64,000 nt of DNA from Mobula birostris (taxonomy: Eukaryota): positions 44,131,433 through 44,195,432 of the forward strand of contig NC_092385.1 in NCBI RefSeq assembly GCF_030028105.1, written 5' to 3'. A program made the position numbers and the translations under genes. Numbering within the stretch: position 1 is the stretch's first letter; each line of letters starts with the position of its first letter. The notes beneath the pieces are model-generated. The model worked only from the letters and a program-made list of their open reading frames with translations. It ran no database searches and was not told where the DNA came from. Below are positions 13,270 to 25,620 of the stretch, in pieces.

Positions 13270-14300
13270 CTATTTCAAGATGTGAGTATTGTTGGCAAAG
13301 CCAACAGCTATTGCTCATTGTTAATTCCTTTGTGAAGGTGACAGTGAATCACCTTTTTCAGTTACGGCATTCCTTCAGGTAAAAGCATTCAGTGTTGAAA
13401 AATGAAGAAAGTTCCAGGATGTTGATTGATATACCCCTTGGAGGGGAAACTGTGGGCAGCATTCCCTTAGTCCTGCAGCTGTAGTGCTTCTCGATTGGGA
13501 TTGTTGATTTGGGAAATGTTGTTATAGAGTACTTTTGTGTGACTGCCATATATTTTGGCAATGTGGCCCACTTTTCCAGTGGTGAGGGAATAAACATGCA
13601 AGATGACAGATGAATGCCAATCAAGAGTGTTTCTTTGACCAAGATAATAAAGAGCATAGAGTCAGGAGCCCAAGAGAAATATAGCAGAGAAACAGGCTCT
13701 TTGGCCTAACGAGCCTACACTAGACATCAGAATCCTGTTTATATTAGCCCGACATTAATTCCTTTCTTTTATTCTTTCCTGCATCCTTTCTGATGCTCCC
13801 ATGTTGTACCATGCACAAGAGGCAACTTAAAGTGATTAATTAACTTACCGATTTGCACATCTTTGGCATGTGAGAGGAAACTCACACAGCTATGAGGAGA
13901 ATGTAAAGCCTCCACACAAATAGAACACGAGAGGTCAGGATTGAACTTGGGTCCCTCGCACTCAGAGGTAGCAGTTCCACCATCTGCACCATTGTGCTGT
14001 CCATCTTGAGTATTAATGGGACTGGCCTAATCAGTACAATGTGCCAAGTATTCAGTCACAATCCAGAGAATACCATTTACTGTAGGTAGAGCAAAGACTT
14101 GGGAGCGAACCACTTGACACAAAATAAGCAGTCCAGCTCTTGTAAACTTGTGATTTTTCTAACTAGTCAATACCACCCCCTGCCCCCACCACAAAGTGTT
14201 GATGATGTGGAACCTGGCTATGATAATGCTTCTGATTGCCAAGGGAAGGTAGTTACACTCCCTCTTGATAGAGATTGCCTGGCATTTCTAGCATGATTGT
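13270..14300 (-). mobile_element. Old, highly diverged LINE 3' region, interrupted by a SINE
   Basis: Recalled resemblance to an elasmobranch LINE 3' end (GATGTGAGTATTGTTGGCAAAGCCAAC...ATTGCTCATTG); weak. Confidence 0.4.
13655..14003 (-). mobile_element. V-SINE (HE1-like)
   Basis: Reverse complement shows a tRNA head, a V-domain-like segment and a CR1-like tail. Confidence 0.65.
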
Positions 14301-14329
14301 TCGCTGAAAATTATTCCCATATTCCTTAC

Positions 14330-14590
14330 AATGTAGGAGGTATTTGAGCACTTTGAGTCTACACTAACTCATATAGCAATCCCATTCTTCCACTAATTGT
14401 CCCATAAACCCTTTCACCCTACGTTCCCTTGCACAGGAGTAATTCTTAGTGGATGATTAACTGCCAAGTCACACATCTTTGGCCGGTACGAAGAACCCGT
14501 TGCACCCAGAGGGAATCCAAACAGGCATAAGAACTACATTACAACTCCACATAGACAGCACTTGGAGGTAAGGATTGAGTCATGGTCATC
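14330..14590 (-). mobile_element. V-SINE fragment, diverged
   Basis: Similar to 13800-14000. Confidence 0.5.
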
Positions 14591-15109
14591 CTTTCTCTTC
14601 CTACACATAGACAGAGACCTTTTTCATTTTCTGAGGAGTTGTGAATGCAATTGATTTTAACCAAACATTCTCAATTTCAACAAAATGAATGTGCAGATTG
14701 AAACTTTCATTTTAAATATCACCAGATATTCAATTATGAGTCTGGAGATTGTTGAAAACACAGTCTTTGAAAATTCTGACTTTGCAATGTTAGCAGACAC
14801 CTGTCCAAGGTCTATAGTATTGACTGCATGGACCCTGCTAATTTCAGTGGTACCTGTCAGGAAGGAAATTACCTCCAATGCCCTTTGATTTTCTCCAATA
14901 AATTTCTGAATTGGGGTGTGATGCTACTATATCCATCTTACACTGCCCTTCAACTTCACTGGACATACAAATGTAAAACATTCATAGTGAGGTGGGACTA
15001 TTATCATGGACTACTGTATATGGAGAGTGTATGATTCTCTGTGTTCACAATTCATCAGATTTAGGTATCGGTAACCCTAACTTTATCCTCAAGGATGGCT
15101 CTGACATTA

Positions 15110-15310
15110 TCAGAATCAGATTCAACATCACCAGCATATGTTGTGAAACTTGTTAACTTTACAGCAGTAGTACAATGAAATACATGATAAATAAATATAG
15201 AGAAAAATATTGAGTTACAATAAATATATATGTCTATGAAATAATTAAGTTAAAATAGGTAGTGTAAGAAACAGAAATAAAAAAGTAGTGTGGTAATGTT
15301 CTGAGGTAGT
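15110..15310 (-). mobile_element. Rex1-like LINE 3' tail
   Basis: ATCAGAATCAG tail and AT-rich 3' UTR shared with the copies at 23290 and 27980. Confidence 0.7.
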
Positions 15311-15842
15311 GAAAAGGATGAGAGTGTTTGCATTCGAAAAGCAGTGATTTTTGTCACTAATGGTTGGCAATAAATAAGCAGTAAGACAATTCAGATCTGT
15401 TTTTCACACTGTGGTTTCAAGCATTCAGATTTGGAGATGCTAGAAATGGCATGGAATGAAAATAAAACAATTTCATAACTTCAACAAGTTAGGAACTACA
15501 ATAAATTTGAAGGAATTGACAATCAACTTGAATGTTAAAATGAAAATGAAGATTTGGAGGATGCAATCATCGAAAGGTTTGTATGAAGGTAGTCTATCAT
15601 CTGCACTAGTGCCTTTGCTGATTTTTCTCATTTACAATCAATCAAAAGAACACAGTGTACACTGGAGGAATTCCTCCATTGAAACTATTAGGAACTATTA
15701 CACAGTTTTACAGTACTGTAATATTACCAGTATTGCTCTCATTTGTGCTATATTTCATTCAGATACATAATTTGTTCAACCAACACAACTCAAAGTTGCT
15801 GGTGAATGCAGCAGGGCCAGGCAGCATCTTTAGGAAGAGGTA

Positions 15843-15880
15843 CAGTCGACGTTTTGGGTCAAGACCCTTCGTCAGGACTA
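15843..15880 (-). ncRNA. Minimal hammerhead ribozyme motif (G12 mutated)
   Basis: TAGTC-CTGACGA-A-GGGT(CTTG)ACCC-AAAA-C-GTC-GACTG. Confidence 0.7.
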
Positions 15881-17609
15881 ACTGAAAGAAGAGCTAGAAA
15901 GAGATTTGAAAGTGAGAGGGGGCGGGGGAGATCCAAAATGATAGGAGAAGACAGGAGGGGGAGGGATGAAGCCAAGAGCTGGACATTTGATTGGCAAAAG
16001 GGATACGAGAGGATCATGGGACAGGAGGCCCAGGAAAAAAGAAAAGGGGGAGGGGGGGAAAAGCCCAGAGGATGGGCAAGGGGTATAGTCAGAGGGATAG
16101 AGGGAGAAAAAGGAGAGAGAGAGAAAGAATGTGTGTATATAAATAATTAACAGATGGGGTACAGGGGGGGAGGTGGGGCATTAGCGGAAGTTTGAGAAGT
16201 CAATGTCCATGCCATCAGGTTGGAGGCTACCCAGACGGAATATAAGGTGTTGTTCCTCCAACCTGAGTGTGGCTTCATCTGTACAGTAGAGGAGGCCGTG
16301 GATAGACATATCAGAATGGGAATGGGATGTGGAATAAAAAATGTGTGACCACTGGGAGATCCTGCTTTCTCTGGCGGACAGAGCGTAGGTGTTCAGTCAA
16401 ATGATCTCCCAGTCTGCGTTGGGTCTCACCAATATATAGAAGACCACATCGGGAGCACCGGACGCAATCCATCAGCCCAGCTGACTCACAGGTGAAGTGT
16501 GGCCTCACCTGGAAGCCATGAACATTGATTTCTCAAACTTCTGCTAATCCTCCACCTCCCCCTCATACCAGGACGAGGGAGATGAAAAGGGGCTTCCCTT
16601 CCTTCACCATCAACTCTGCTCTCAAACGCATCTCCCCTATTTCACCACATCTGCTCTCACTCCATCCTCCCACATCCCCACTAGGAATAGGGTTCCCCTG
16701 GTCCTCACCTACCACCCCACCAGACTCCGGGTCCAACATTTTATTCTCCGTAACTTCCGCCACCTCCAACGGGATCCCACCCACTAAGCACATCTTTCCC
16801 TCCCACCCCTCTGCTTTCCGCAGGGATCACTCCCTACACGACTCCTTTGTCCTTCGTCCCCCCCCACCCCATCCCTCCTCACTGATCTCCCTCCTGGCAC
16901 TTATCCTTGTTAGCAGAACAAGTGCTACACATGTCCTTACACTTCCTCCCTTACCACCATTCAGGGCTCCAGACAGTCCTTCCAGGTGAGGCGACACTTC
17001 ACCTGTGAGTCGGCTGGTGTGATATACTGCGTCCAGTGCTCCCAATGTGGCCTTCTATATATATTGGCGAGACTCATCGCAGACTGGGAGATCGTTTTGC
17101 TGAAAACCTACGCTCTTTCCTAGAGAAAGCAGGATCTCCCAGTGGCCACACATTTTAATTCCACATCCCATTCCCATTCTGATATATTTATCCATGGAAT
17201 CCTCTACTGTAAAGATGAAGCCACACTCAGGTTGGAGGAACAACACCTTATATTCCCTCTGGGTAGCCTCCAACCTGATGGCATGAACATTGACTTCTCA
17301 AACTTCCACTAATGCCCCAACTCCCCCTCGTACCCCATCTGTTATTTATTTATAGACACACATTCTTTTTCTCTCTGTCCTTTTTCTCCCTCTGTCCCTC
17401 TTACTATACCCCTTGCCCAACCTCTGGGTTTCCTCCCCTTCCCCTTTTCCTTCTCCCTGGGCCTCCTGTCCCATGATCCTCTCATATCCCTTTTGCCAAT
17501 CAACTGTCCAGCTCTTGGCTCCATCCCTCCCCCTCCTGTCTTCTCCTATCATTTTGGATCTCCCCCTCCCCCTCCCACTTTCAAATCTCTTACTAGCTCT
17601 TCTGTCAGT

Positions 17610-17647
17610 TAGTCCTGACGAAGGGTCTTGGCCTGAAACTTCAACTG
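17610..17647 (+). ncRNA. Minimal hammerhead ribozyme motif (degenerate stems)
   Basis: TAGTC-CTGACGA-A-GGGT(CTTG)GCCT-GAAA-C-TTC-AACTG. Confidence 0.65.
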
Positions 17648-17874
17648 TATCTCTTCCTAGAGATGCTGCCTAGCCTGCTGTGTTCACCAGCAACTTTGAG
17701 TTGTGTTGCTTGAATTTCCAGCATCTGCAAAATTCCTCGTGATTACATAATTTGTTATCCAATTTGCCTTTTTTTTTTTAAATATTTCATGAATCTTCAG
17801 CTGATTGGGCAGACAGTTAATTGGTACAAAATGTACAGGTCCTGATGTGTCCCAATTAATCTGAATCACTGTAT

Positions 17875-19430
17875 TATATAAAATTAGAAGTACAAAAAGA
17901 GAACAAAAAATAGTGAGGTTGTGTGCATGGGTTCATCGTCCATTCAGAAATCTAATGGCAGTGGGGAAGAAGCTGTTCCTAAAACCTAGAGATTGTGTCT
18001 TAAGGCTGCTGTACCTCCTCCCTGATGGTAGCAATGAGAAGAGGGCATGTCTGAGGTGATAGAGGTCCTTAATGACAACTGCCACCTTTATGAGGCATCG
18101 CCATTTGAAGATGTCTTCGATGATGGAGGCGGGGGGGGGGGGGGTGGAGCTACTGACCATGATAGAATTGGCTGAGGTTGCAATGTTCAGCAGCTTTTTC
18201 TGATCCTGTGCAGCGGCTCTTCCATATCCAGTAGTGATGCAACCAGTTAGATGGCTCTCCATGGTGCATCTATAGACATCGGTGATATACCAAAATTCCT
18301 CAAACACCTGATGAATTGAATTGAATCAAATTGCCTTTATTTCTTACATCCTTCACATACATGAGAAGTAAAAATCTTTACATTACATCTCTGTCTAAAT
18401 GTGCAATGTGCAATTTATAGTAATTTGTAATAAATAGTATATACAGCAGGACAGTCAATATAGCATAAAAATACAATTGTATCAGCATGAATTAATCAGT
18501 CTGATGGCCTGGTGGAAGAAGCAGTCCCAGAGCCTGTTGGTCCTGACTTTTATGCTGTGGTACCATTTCCCAGATGGTAGCAGATGGAACAGTTTGTGGT
18601 TGGGGTGAATCGGGTCCCCAATGATCCTTCAGGTCCTTTTTACACACCTTACTTTGTAAATGGCCTGAATAGTGGGAAGTTCACATCTACAGATGCGCTG
18701 GGCTGTCTGTACCACTCTCTGCAGAGTCCTGCGATTGAGGGAAGTACAGTTCCCATACCAGGCAGTGATGCAGCCTGTCAGGATGCTCTCAATTGTGCCC
18801 CTGTAGAAAGTCCTTAGGACCTAGGGACTCATACCAAATTTCTTCAACCATCTGAGGTTAAAGAGGCACTGTTGTGCCTTTTTCACCACACAGTGGTATG
18901 TACAGACCACATGAGGTCCTCGGTAATGTGTATACTGAGGATCTTAAAGCTGTTCACCCTCTCAACCCCAGATCCATTGATATCAATAGGGGTTAGCCCA
19001 TCTCCATTCCTCATGTAATCCACGAGCAGCTCCTTTGTTTTCGTGACATTGAGGGAGAGGTTGTTTTCTTGACATCACTGTGTCAGGGTGATGACTTCTT
19101 CACTGTAGGCTGCCTTGTTATTATTTGAGATAAGGCTCAAACAAAGCTGATATTATGTTTTCTTTGTAATTGCATCAATATGTTGATCTTATGACAACCA
19201 GGAACTTGAAATTGCTCATCCTTTCCACTGCTGACCCCTCATTGAGGATTGGTATGTGTTACCTCAACTTCCGCTTCCTGAAGTCCAGAATCAATTCCTT
19301 GGTCTTACCACTGTTGAGCGCAAGGTCGTTGTTGTGACATCACACAACCTGCTAATCTATCTCACTGCTTTCCACCCCCTTGACACCATCTGAAATTCTG
19401 CAAACAATCGGTGTAATACGCAATTTTATA
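17875..19430 (-). mobile_element. Rex1/Babar-like LINE fragment, split by a second Rex1-like copy
   Basis: ORF 17933-18307 (VYRCTMESHLTGCIT...HALFSLLPSGRRY...FRNSFFPTAIRFLN); element resumes about 19140-19430. Confidence 0.85.
18313..19135 (-). mobile_element. Second Rex1-like subfamily, 3' fragment
   Basis: (TTCAA)n tail near 18313-18330; reverse complement encodes LLPSGK...NRL...FFHQAIRL-like sequence. Confidence 0.75.
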
Positions 19431-19551
19431 TCAGTAGGGAAGCTTGTGAAATACTGCTTCTGCTATTTGTCCAAGTCATGAAGGAGAGTCTGCTTATAGA
19501 ATACTGCAGAGGTGGCTGCAATTGTAGATCCAAGTAGCACAAACACTCAGT

Positions 19552-19760
19552 TGGGCTGTACGGTAGCACAGCCATTAGCACATCGCTTTACAGCACCAGT
19601 GACCGTGGTTCAATTACCACCGTGCGTGAGGAGTATGTACTTTCTCTCCGTGATCACATTCCTAAGATGGACGGGTATAGTTAATTGCTCACGTGCATAA
19701 TTTGTTGACGCGGGTTTCCTGGGCCAGAAGGGCCTGTTCCCATCCTCTATCTCTACATTA
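19552..19760 (+). mobile_element. V-SINE-like SINE, diverged
   Basis: tRNA-like head (CGGTAGCACAGCC...GGTTCAATT) and GAAGGGCCTGTT tail. Confidence 0.6.
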
Positions 19761-20949
19761 TTATTATTTTTTAAAAACTCAGTTACCACCGATGATCATA
19801 TTCAAGATTCCAAATGACTTGCATCCAGGCTTCTAAGTCTATCAGTGAAAAGTCACAATGCTTCAAGTCTAGGCCAAGTTTTTCTTAGAAATCTTATATG
19901 GTGGAATTATAACAATAAAAACACACTGGATAAAACTCCCCCTTTGGCTCTTAAACATCCAAGTATGCTTGCAGGCATCACACAAGGTAACTTGGCTTGG
20001 CCACCCTTATAGTATTGCCATTGTGGTGACCCTCAAGCTCCTATCATGTGACCTGAGCTGAGTGAGAACTGTCACACAACACAGATGTCAATGATAAAAT
20101 TAGGAATGATAGCAGTAGAATAAGTAAAAATCTAGCAGCTACATTTATCTTACAAACTAATTCACTGTATGAACCTTTCAACATCATTCCACTCTTCATA
20201 TGCTGTATTTGAATTACCTTGGATTAGTTTTCCTGTATGCTGGTATCAGAAAAATTACATCCAACTCACATATTACATTGCCTTCCCACATGGTAAAGGC
20301 TCCAGGCATTTACACTGCTTTTTCATGAAGATACTTGGGAAATACAGAGAAAACAAAGGAAAGAGAGGGACAAGGCATACACAAGAAAAGCTAAACTTAA
20401 ATTGTCATGAGAACAAGTGGCTAAGCCAAAAGAAAAACACACTTAAAGTGAAGTCTGTGCTACATTTGATTTGAAAGTAATACCCTTAATAGGTTAAGCA
20501 TTTTAACTATTATAAATTGTATAGTTTGGCTCCATGAGATTTGGCTTTATCTTACTCACTGACTGTACTGTATAGCCTACATTCTAATTAGGGTCTAGTT
20601 TATGTTTTTAGTAACACGTCATTGCATGCGCTATTAGGCCCGTATTGATCTGTATGTGTGTGCCAAGTTCGGCTTCTGCTAGTAAAGAAGGACGAAACTT
20701 AGCTCCCGTCTCCAGTGTTTTTATTAATAGCACTGTTGTGTAACCAGGCCACATGCACAACAAATTGGCAATGAGAATTATGAACCCACATCATATTGGA
20801 ACACTATGTTTCAGTTGATAACGACACTTGAAGAGAGAGAATCTAGACACATCTAGACAGAGTGCGCTCGTTGCACAAGCAAAAAGGACAGGTGAGTCAA
20901 AAAGAAAACAAGGGGAAAATAGGGCTAAATTAACATAATAAAGACAGCG

Positions 20950-21726
20950 ATGATTGGAACCATTACAGCATTTGATAGTGGCATTGAAAACTGAGAAACT
21001 TACATTGAAAGAGTGGAGTTATATTGTGAGGCTAACGGTGTTAATGATGAAAAGAAAGCCATCGTCTTACTCAGTATGGGAGCAAAAACATAGGGGCTGC
21101 TATGGAGCTTGTTAACCCCTGAAAAGCCAGCTGACAAAACGTTCAAGCAAATAGTAGACACTCTCCAACAGCATTTAAACCCCCAAACACTGTTCATTGC
21201 TGAAAGATTTAAATTTCACAAACTGAATCAGAGCAAAAATGAAAGCATTTCTAAATATTATGCTGAATTGCACAAATTATCAGAACATTGTCAATTTGGA
21301 GCTGGTCTATCGGACACATTGAGGGACAGGTTAGTGTGTGGCATGCACTATGAAACCACCCAGAAGAAGCTTCTGTGTGAAAGAGACCTTAAATTAGAGA
21401 AGGCGCTGAACATTGCAATATCAACAGAAGCAGCAGCATGTGGTGCTTCAGAGGTACAACAAAAATCTTTGGAATATGCTACAAATAAAATGTCACTGAA
21501 CAGAAATGAAGGAAAGAAATGTCACCATTGTGGGAACAGGTCACATGACCCTGATGACTGTTGGTTTAAAGACAAAGAATGCAGAAACTGTGGCAAACAG
21601 GGCCACATTGGCAGAGTATGCAAAGCTAGCAAACAGCAGGAAAAGGACAAAATACAGAGAAACAAGAAATCCCAGAAAGAAAAATGCAACAATGTACACA
21701 AAATGAAAGAAAGAAAGCATTTCTGA
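20950..21726 (+). pseudogene. gag: Gypsy gag with in-frame stops
   Basis: MIGTITAFD...YIERVE...LRDRLVCG; CHHCGNRSHDPDDC and CRNCGKQGHIGRVC. Confidence 0.9.
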
Positions 21727-21789
21727 TGAAAATGACTCCAATGAAAGTGAATTGTCTTGTCCGCAACTTCACAGCATGAAAGAGACAGA

Positions 21790-23050
21790 TGATCGAAGAG
21801 TAATATGGATCACTGCACAAGTGGCAGGCGCGAGGTTGAAAATGGAGTTGGACACAGGCTCAGCTTTAACAGTGATCTCTATACATGACTACAAATGACT
21901 GTTTCCTCACTTACCTCTGAAACGAACTGAAGTACTGCTAAAGACTTACACAGGACAGAAAGTGCGTCCCAAAGGCAAAAATAAAGTGACAGTGACCTAC
22001 GGAGACAAAACACAGCAACTGAACCTCTATGTACTGAGAAATGGAGGACCATCATTGCTGGGACGTGAATCGCTCAGGAAAATCCAGCTGGATTGGCACA
22101 CCATCAAGGCACTAGATGTGTCAACAAAGGAGGGCAGCAAGGCTACATCTGAGAGACTGTCACAAATACTTGCTGACTCTGAGGAAGTGTTTATGAAAAG
22201 AATAAGAGCACTTCAGGGCATGAAGGCAAGGATTGAGATTGAGGAAAATGCATGTCCAAAATTTCACAAAGCCAGACCAGTGCCATATGCAATCCGTCCA
22301 ACAGTAGAGGCAGAGCTGAAAAATCTGGAGCAGACTGGGGTCCTATCAAAGGTGGGCCACGCCTATTGTTCCAGTGATGAAGAAAACCTCCAGCACAAAA
22401 CCTGGAAAATCAAGCAAGGTGCGCATATGTGGTGACTTTAAAGTGACTGTTAACCCAGTTCTCTGCACAGTACAGTATCCTCTACCTCATATTGAGGACA
22501 TCTTTGCTTCCCTGTCAGGAGCGGAACATTTCACAAAAATTGATTTGACCCAGGCTTATCTTCAAATGGAAATTGATGAAGCATCCAAGAAAAACCTGAC
22601 AATAAATACACACAAAGGACTTTACCAGTACAACAGATTGGTGTTTGGGATAGCATCAGCTCCTGCAATCTGGCAGAGGGCAATGGATCAGGTCCTGCAG
22701 GGGATTCCAGGGACTCAGTGTTACCTGGATATCATCATTGTCACCGGCAAAGATGACAACGAACATCTTTCTAACCTTGAACAAGTGCTCACCAGGTTAT
22801 GAGAATATGGGCTCAGAGCTAATTGACAGAAATGTGAGTTTTTCCAAAGGAAATCTCATACTGTGGACATGTGATCAACAAGGATGGCTTACACATGTCT
22901 CGACAAGACAGAAGCGATGCTTAAGGCACCACCACCTGAAAATGTGTCTCAGCTGAGAGCCATCTCAGACTAGTGAACTATTACTGCAAGCTCTTGCCTT
23001 ACCTATCCACAGTCCTACACCTACTTAATGCACTATTACAGACAGGGACA
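21790..23050 (+). pseudogene. pol: Gypsy pol remnant (protease + RT)
   Basis: DTGS protease motif near 21850; RT ORF 22374-22802 has YLDI in place of YLDD; frameshifts. Confidence 0.9.
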
Positions 23051-23172
23051 CCATAAGACATAGGGGCAGAATTAGGCCATCTGGCCCATCTAGTCTGCTC
23101 CACTATTCAATCATGGCTAATCCTTTTTTTTTAAATCTCCTTCTCAACCCCAGTTCCCAGCCTTCTCCCCGA
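23051..23172 (-). mobile_element. Very short CR1 3' tail
   Basis: CCATAAGACATAGG.GCAGAATTAGGCCA start, as at 32506 and 55845. Confidence 0.8.
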
Positions 23173-23289
23173 GATTACTTGGATAGTTGTTGGTTTCCAA
23201 TCAGTAACTTTAAAGTAAAAATTTCCTAAGCTTGTGAATTTATTGCTGCATCTTGTTATTAGCATTACAGTTCAGGTGGGACAGTTTTC

Positions 23290-24060
23290 AGAATTAGGTT
23301 TATTATCACCAACATGTAATTGAAATTTACTAACTTAGCAGCACCAGTTCAATGCAATACATAATATATAAAAAAATAAAAATAATAATAACTCAATTAC
23401 AGTATACATATAGATTAAAAAACATGCAAAAACAGAAATACTGTATATTAAAAAAAAGTGAGGTAGCGTCCAAGGGTTCAATGTCCATTTAGGAATTGGA
23501 TAGCAGAAGGAAAGAAGCTGTTTCTGAATCACTGAGTGTGTGCCTTCAGGCTTCTGTATCCTACCTGATGGTATCAGTGAGAAAAGGGCATGCCCTGGGT
23601 GCTGGAGGTCCTTAATAATGGATGCTGCCTTTCTGAGACACCACTCTCTGAAGATGTCCTGGGTACTTTGTAGGCTAGTACCCAAGATGGAGCTGATTAG
23701 ATTTACAACCCTCCGCAGCTTCTTTCAGTCCTGTGCAGTAGCAGCCCCCACCCCCATACCAGACAGTGATGCAGCCTGTCAGAATGCTCTCCACAGTACA
23801 ACTATAGAAGTTTTGAGTGTATTTGTTGACATGCCAAATCTCTTCAAATTCCTAATGAAGTATAGCCGCTGACTTGCCTGGTTTATAACTACAGTGATAT
23901 GTTGGGACCAGGTTAGATCCTCGGAGATCCTGACACCCAGGAACTTGAAACTGCTCACTCTCTCCACTTCTGATCCCTCTATGAACCTTGGTATGTGTTC
24001 CTTCATCTTACCCTTCCTGAAGTCCACAATCAGTTTTTGTCTTACTGACATTGCGTGCCA
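23290..24060 (-). mobile_element. Rex1/Babar-like LINE 3' fragment
   Basis: ORFs with LIVDFRK, FKFLGVRISEDLTWS, QRLYFIR and KAASIIKDLQHPGHALF. Confidence 0.9.
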
Positions 24061-25179
24061 TTATTGCAATTAAGAATATTATGATTCTTAATTGTGTGGG
24101 TCGAATTAACTAAATATTCCTGTAATTATTTTATTTCTTCAGCATTCAGGGTTTGAGCATTCCAAGCATACATTTGATATCTCTTGTTGCTGTTTAACAG
24201 ATGGCTTGCTGCAATTGTTAAGAAGCATATAAGAGCCAGCTACATTAATAGATCTGCAACCATATTCTGACCAAACTGCATAAGATTAAGGGATTTCTTC
24301 CTATGAAGAAAATTAATGAACAAGGTGGGTTTTCACAAGATCAAGTCATTTTGAGGTTGCAACTGCAAACTACCAATGTTATAATTTTTAGGTTGCTATA
24401 AGTAAAATTATTTTAATCTGGCACTCTCAAGAGTTTGGTGGTATCATTCAAGCAGATTTTCAGGACTATTCCATGGCAAATGGATCCAATACACTTTTCT
24501 GTTCATCTTTCAGATGTTGCACTGTACAAATGAAAAATGAGAACACGGAAAGTTTTAAGGGAGCTTGGGAAATGGAACTAAGTGAGTTTGAAAGCAGCAT
24601 AGGAACTGGGGTCCCAGTGAGTCAGAAGAGAGTACAGCAGCTAGGACCCCTGTGTGTCAGAAGAAGTGCAGAACTTGGAGATTGAGTACATAGGGAGGGA
24701 GAACTGGAACCGGGGCCCAATGGAGAGGAAAGGGAGTGGCACAAACATCACCAGTGAGCAAATGGGATTTCAGATAGATCATAAACTGTCAGAGTTTTTC
24801 TAAATTACATATTTAAATCACACCACTGCCGTGGTGGGAGTTGAATCCAGCTGTGCAGATTGTTAATCCAAGTCTCCAGATTTCTATCCTGTATTTTAAA
24901 CACTGTCTCACCCATTCCCAGTACATTATCTGTTTTTTCTCTCAGTCCTCCAGCTTTCCAAATCACACACCAGCTCCAGCTGACAGGATAAGTTGAAATT
25001 CACACCCTTATATCTTGATGCAGAAAGATATCCAAAATAAGGCACAAATCCATCCAGCAATTCTGTCTAACTTTTGACTTTGTAATAAAGTCAAGAACAC
25101 TTAACAATAAGGGGATTAATGACGAAGCTTTTTTAATTGCTCTCACAACTGCCACCATTATTGTTAACCGGGAGTTTGA

Positions 25180-25620
25180 AACCTAGCACCTGCATTGACT
25201 CAAGTTGTGTTTTCAACTTCTCCTGGCACCAGGCCTGAAATTCTTTAGGAGCTTTTCACAGCAACCTTCAGGTAGAATGCCGCATAATTTTCCCCTTCTC
25301 TCAAAACTTGGTTCTCATGCTGTTTTGCTCCCAAGGACATCACTAACAGCACACGTCTGAGAGAGTTGTTCAATCGAACCTTCCTCCATGCCTCTAAATT
25401 CAGTAAACACCTTCCCTAATGCCTTTACGCAGGGCCACCACCAGCCCATGCTTGCACTTTCCAAATTTCCCCATCTCTGGCACACTCAGAAACTGCTCCC
25501 ATAGGGCAGGACTTCTTCCTTTCTTCTTGCTATTTCTTAACATCTTTCCCATTTTTCCACCAGGGAGCTGACATGCTCTAAACTATCAGAAATAGTGCAA
25601 AATTTCTTCTGTCTCTCAGA
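25180..25620 (-). pseudogene. Possible degenerate Gypsy gag (PNMA-like) remnant
   Basis: Manual translation across frameshifts: LEHVSSLVEKWE...ALGKVF...EGENYAAFYLK. Confidence 0.35.

Larger units (their letters stand above)
15777..17743. mobile_element. Penelope-like element, fold-back (inverted) insertion
   Basis: GIY-YIG remnants (CVRCSRCGLLYIGETQRRL); inverted arms about 15781-16514 and 16980-17708; 13-bp TSD TACATAATTTGTT at 15764-15776 and 17744-17756. Confidence 0.9.
15320..17871 (+). mobile_element. Tigger/pogo-like non-autonomous DNA transposon (partial), split by a PLE
   Basis: Homologous, in reverse orientation, to 43887-46538; end TCCCAATTAATCTGAATCACTG followed by TA. Confidence 0.75.
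20518..23050 (+). mobile_element. Ty3/Gypsy LTR retrotransposon, 5' half (LTR, PBS, gag, protease, RT), 3'-truncated
   Basis: LTR ends ...ACAACA at 20762 (start uncertain); PBS-like TGGCAATGAG at 20766; gag with two CCHC knuckles; protease MELDTGS; RT motifs RICGDFK, IDLTQAY and FGIASAPAIWQ. Confidence 0.9.

Noticed and set aside
15806-16150. Recurring MIGEDRRGRD... ORFs (also at 17346, 57643 and 58890)
   Set aside because: Translations of the purine-rich pLTR strand; stops and frames are not conserved between copies
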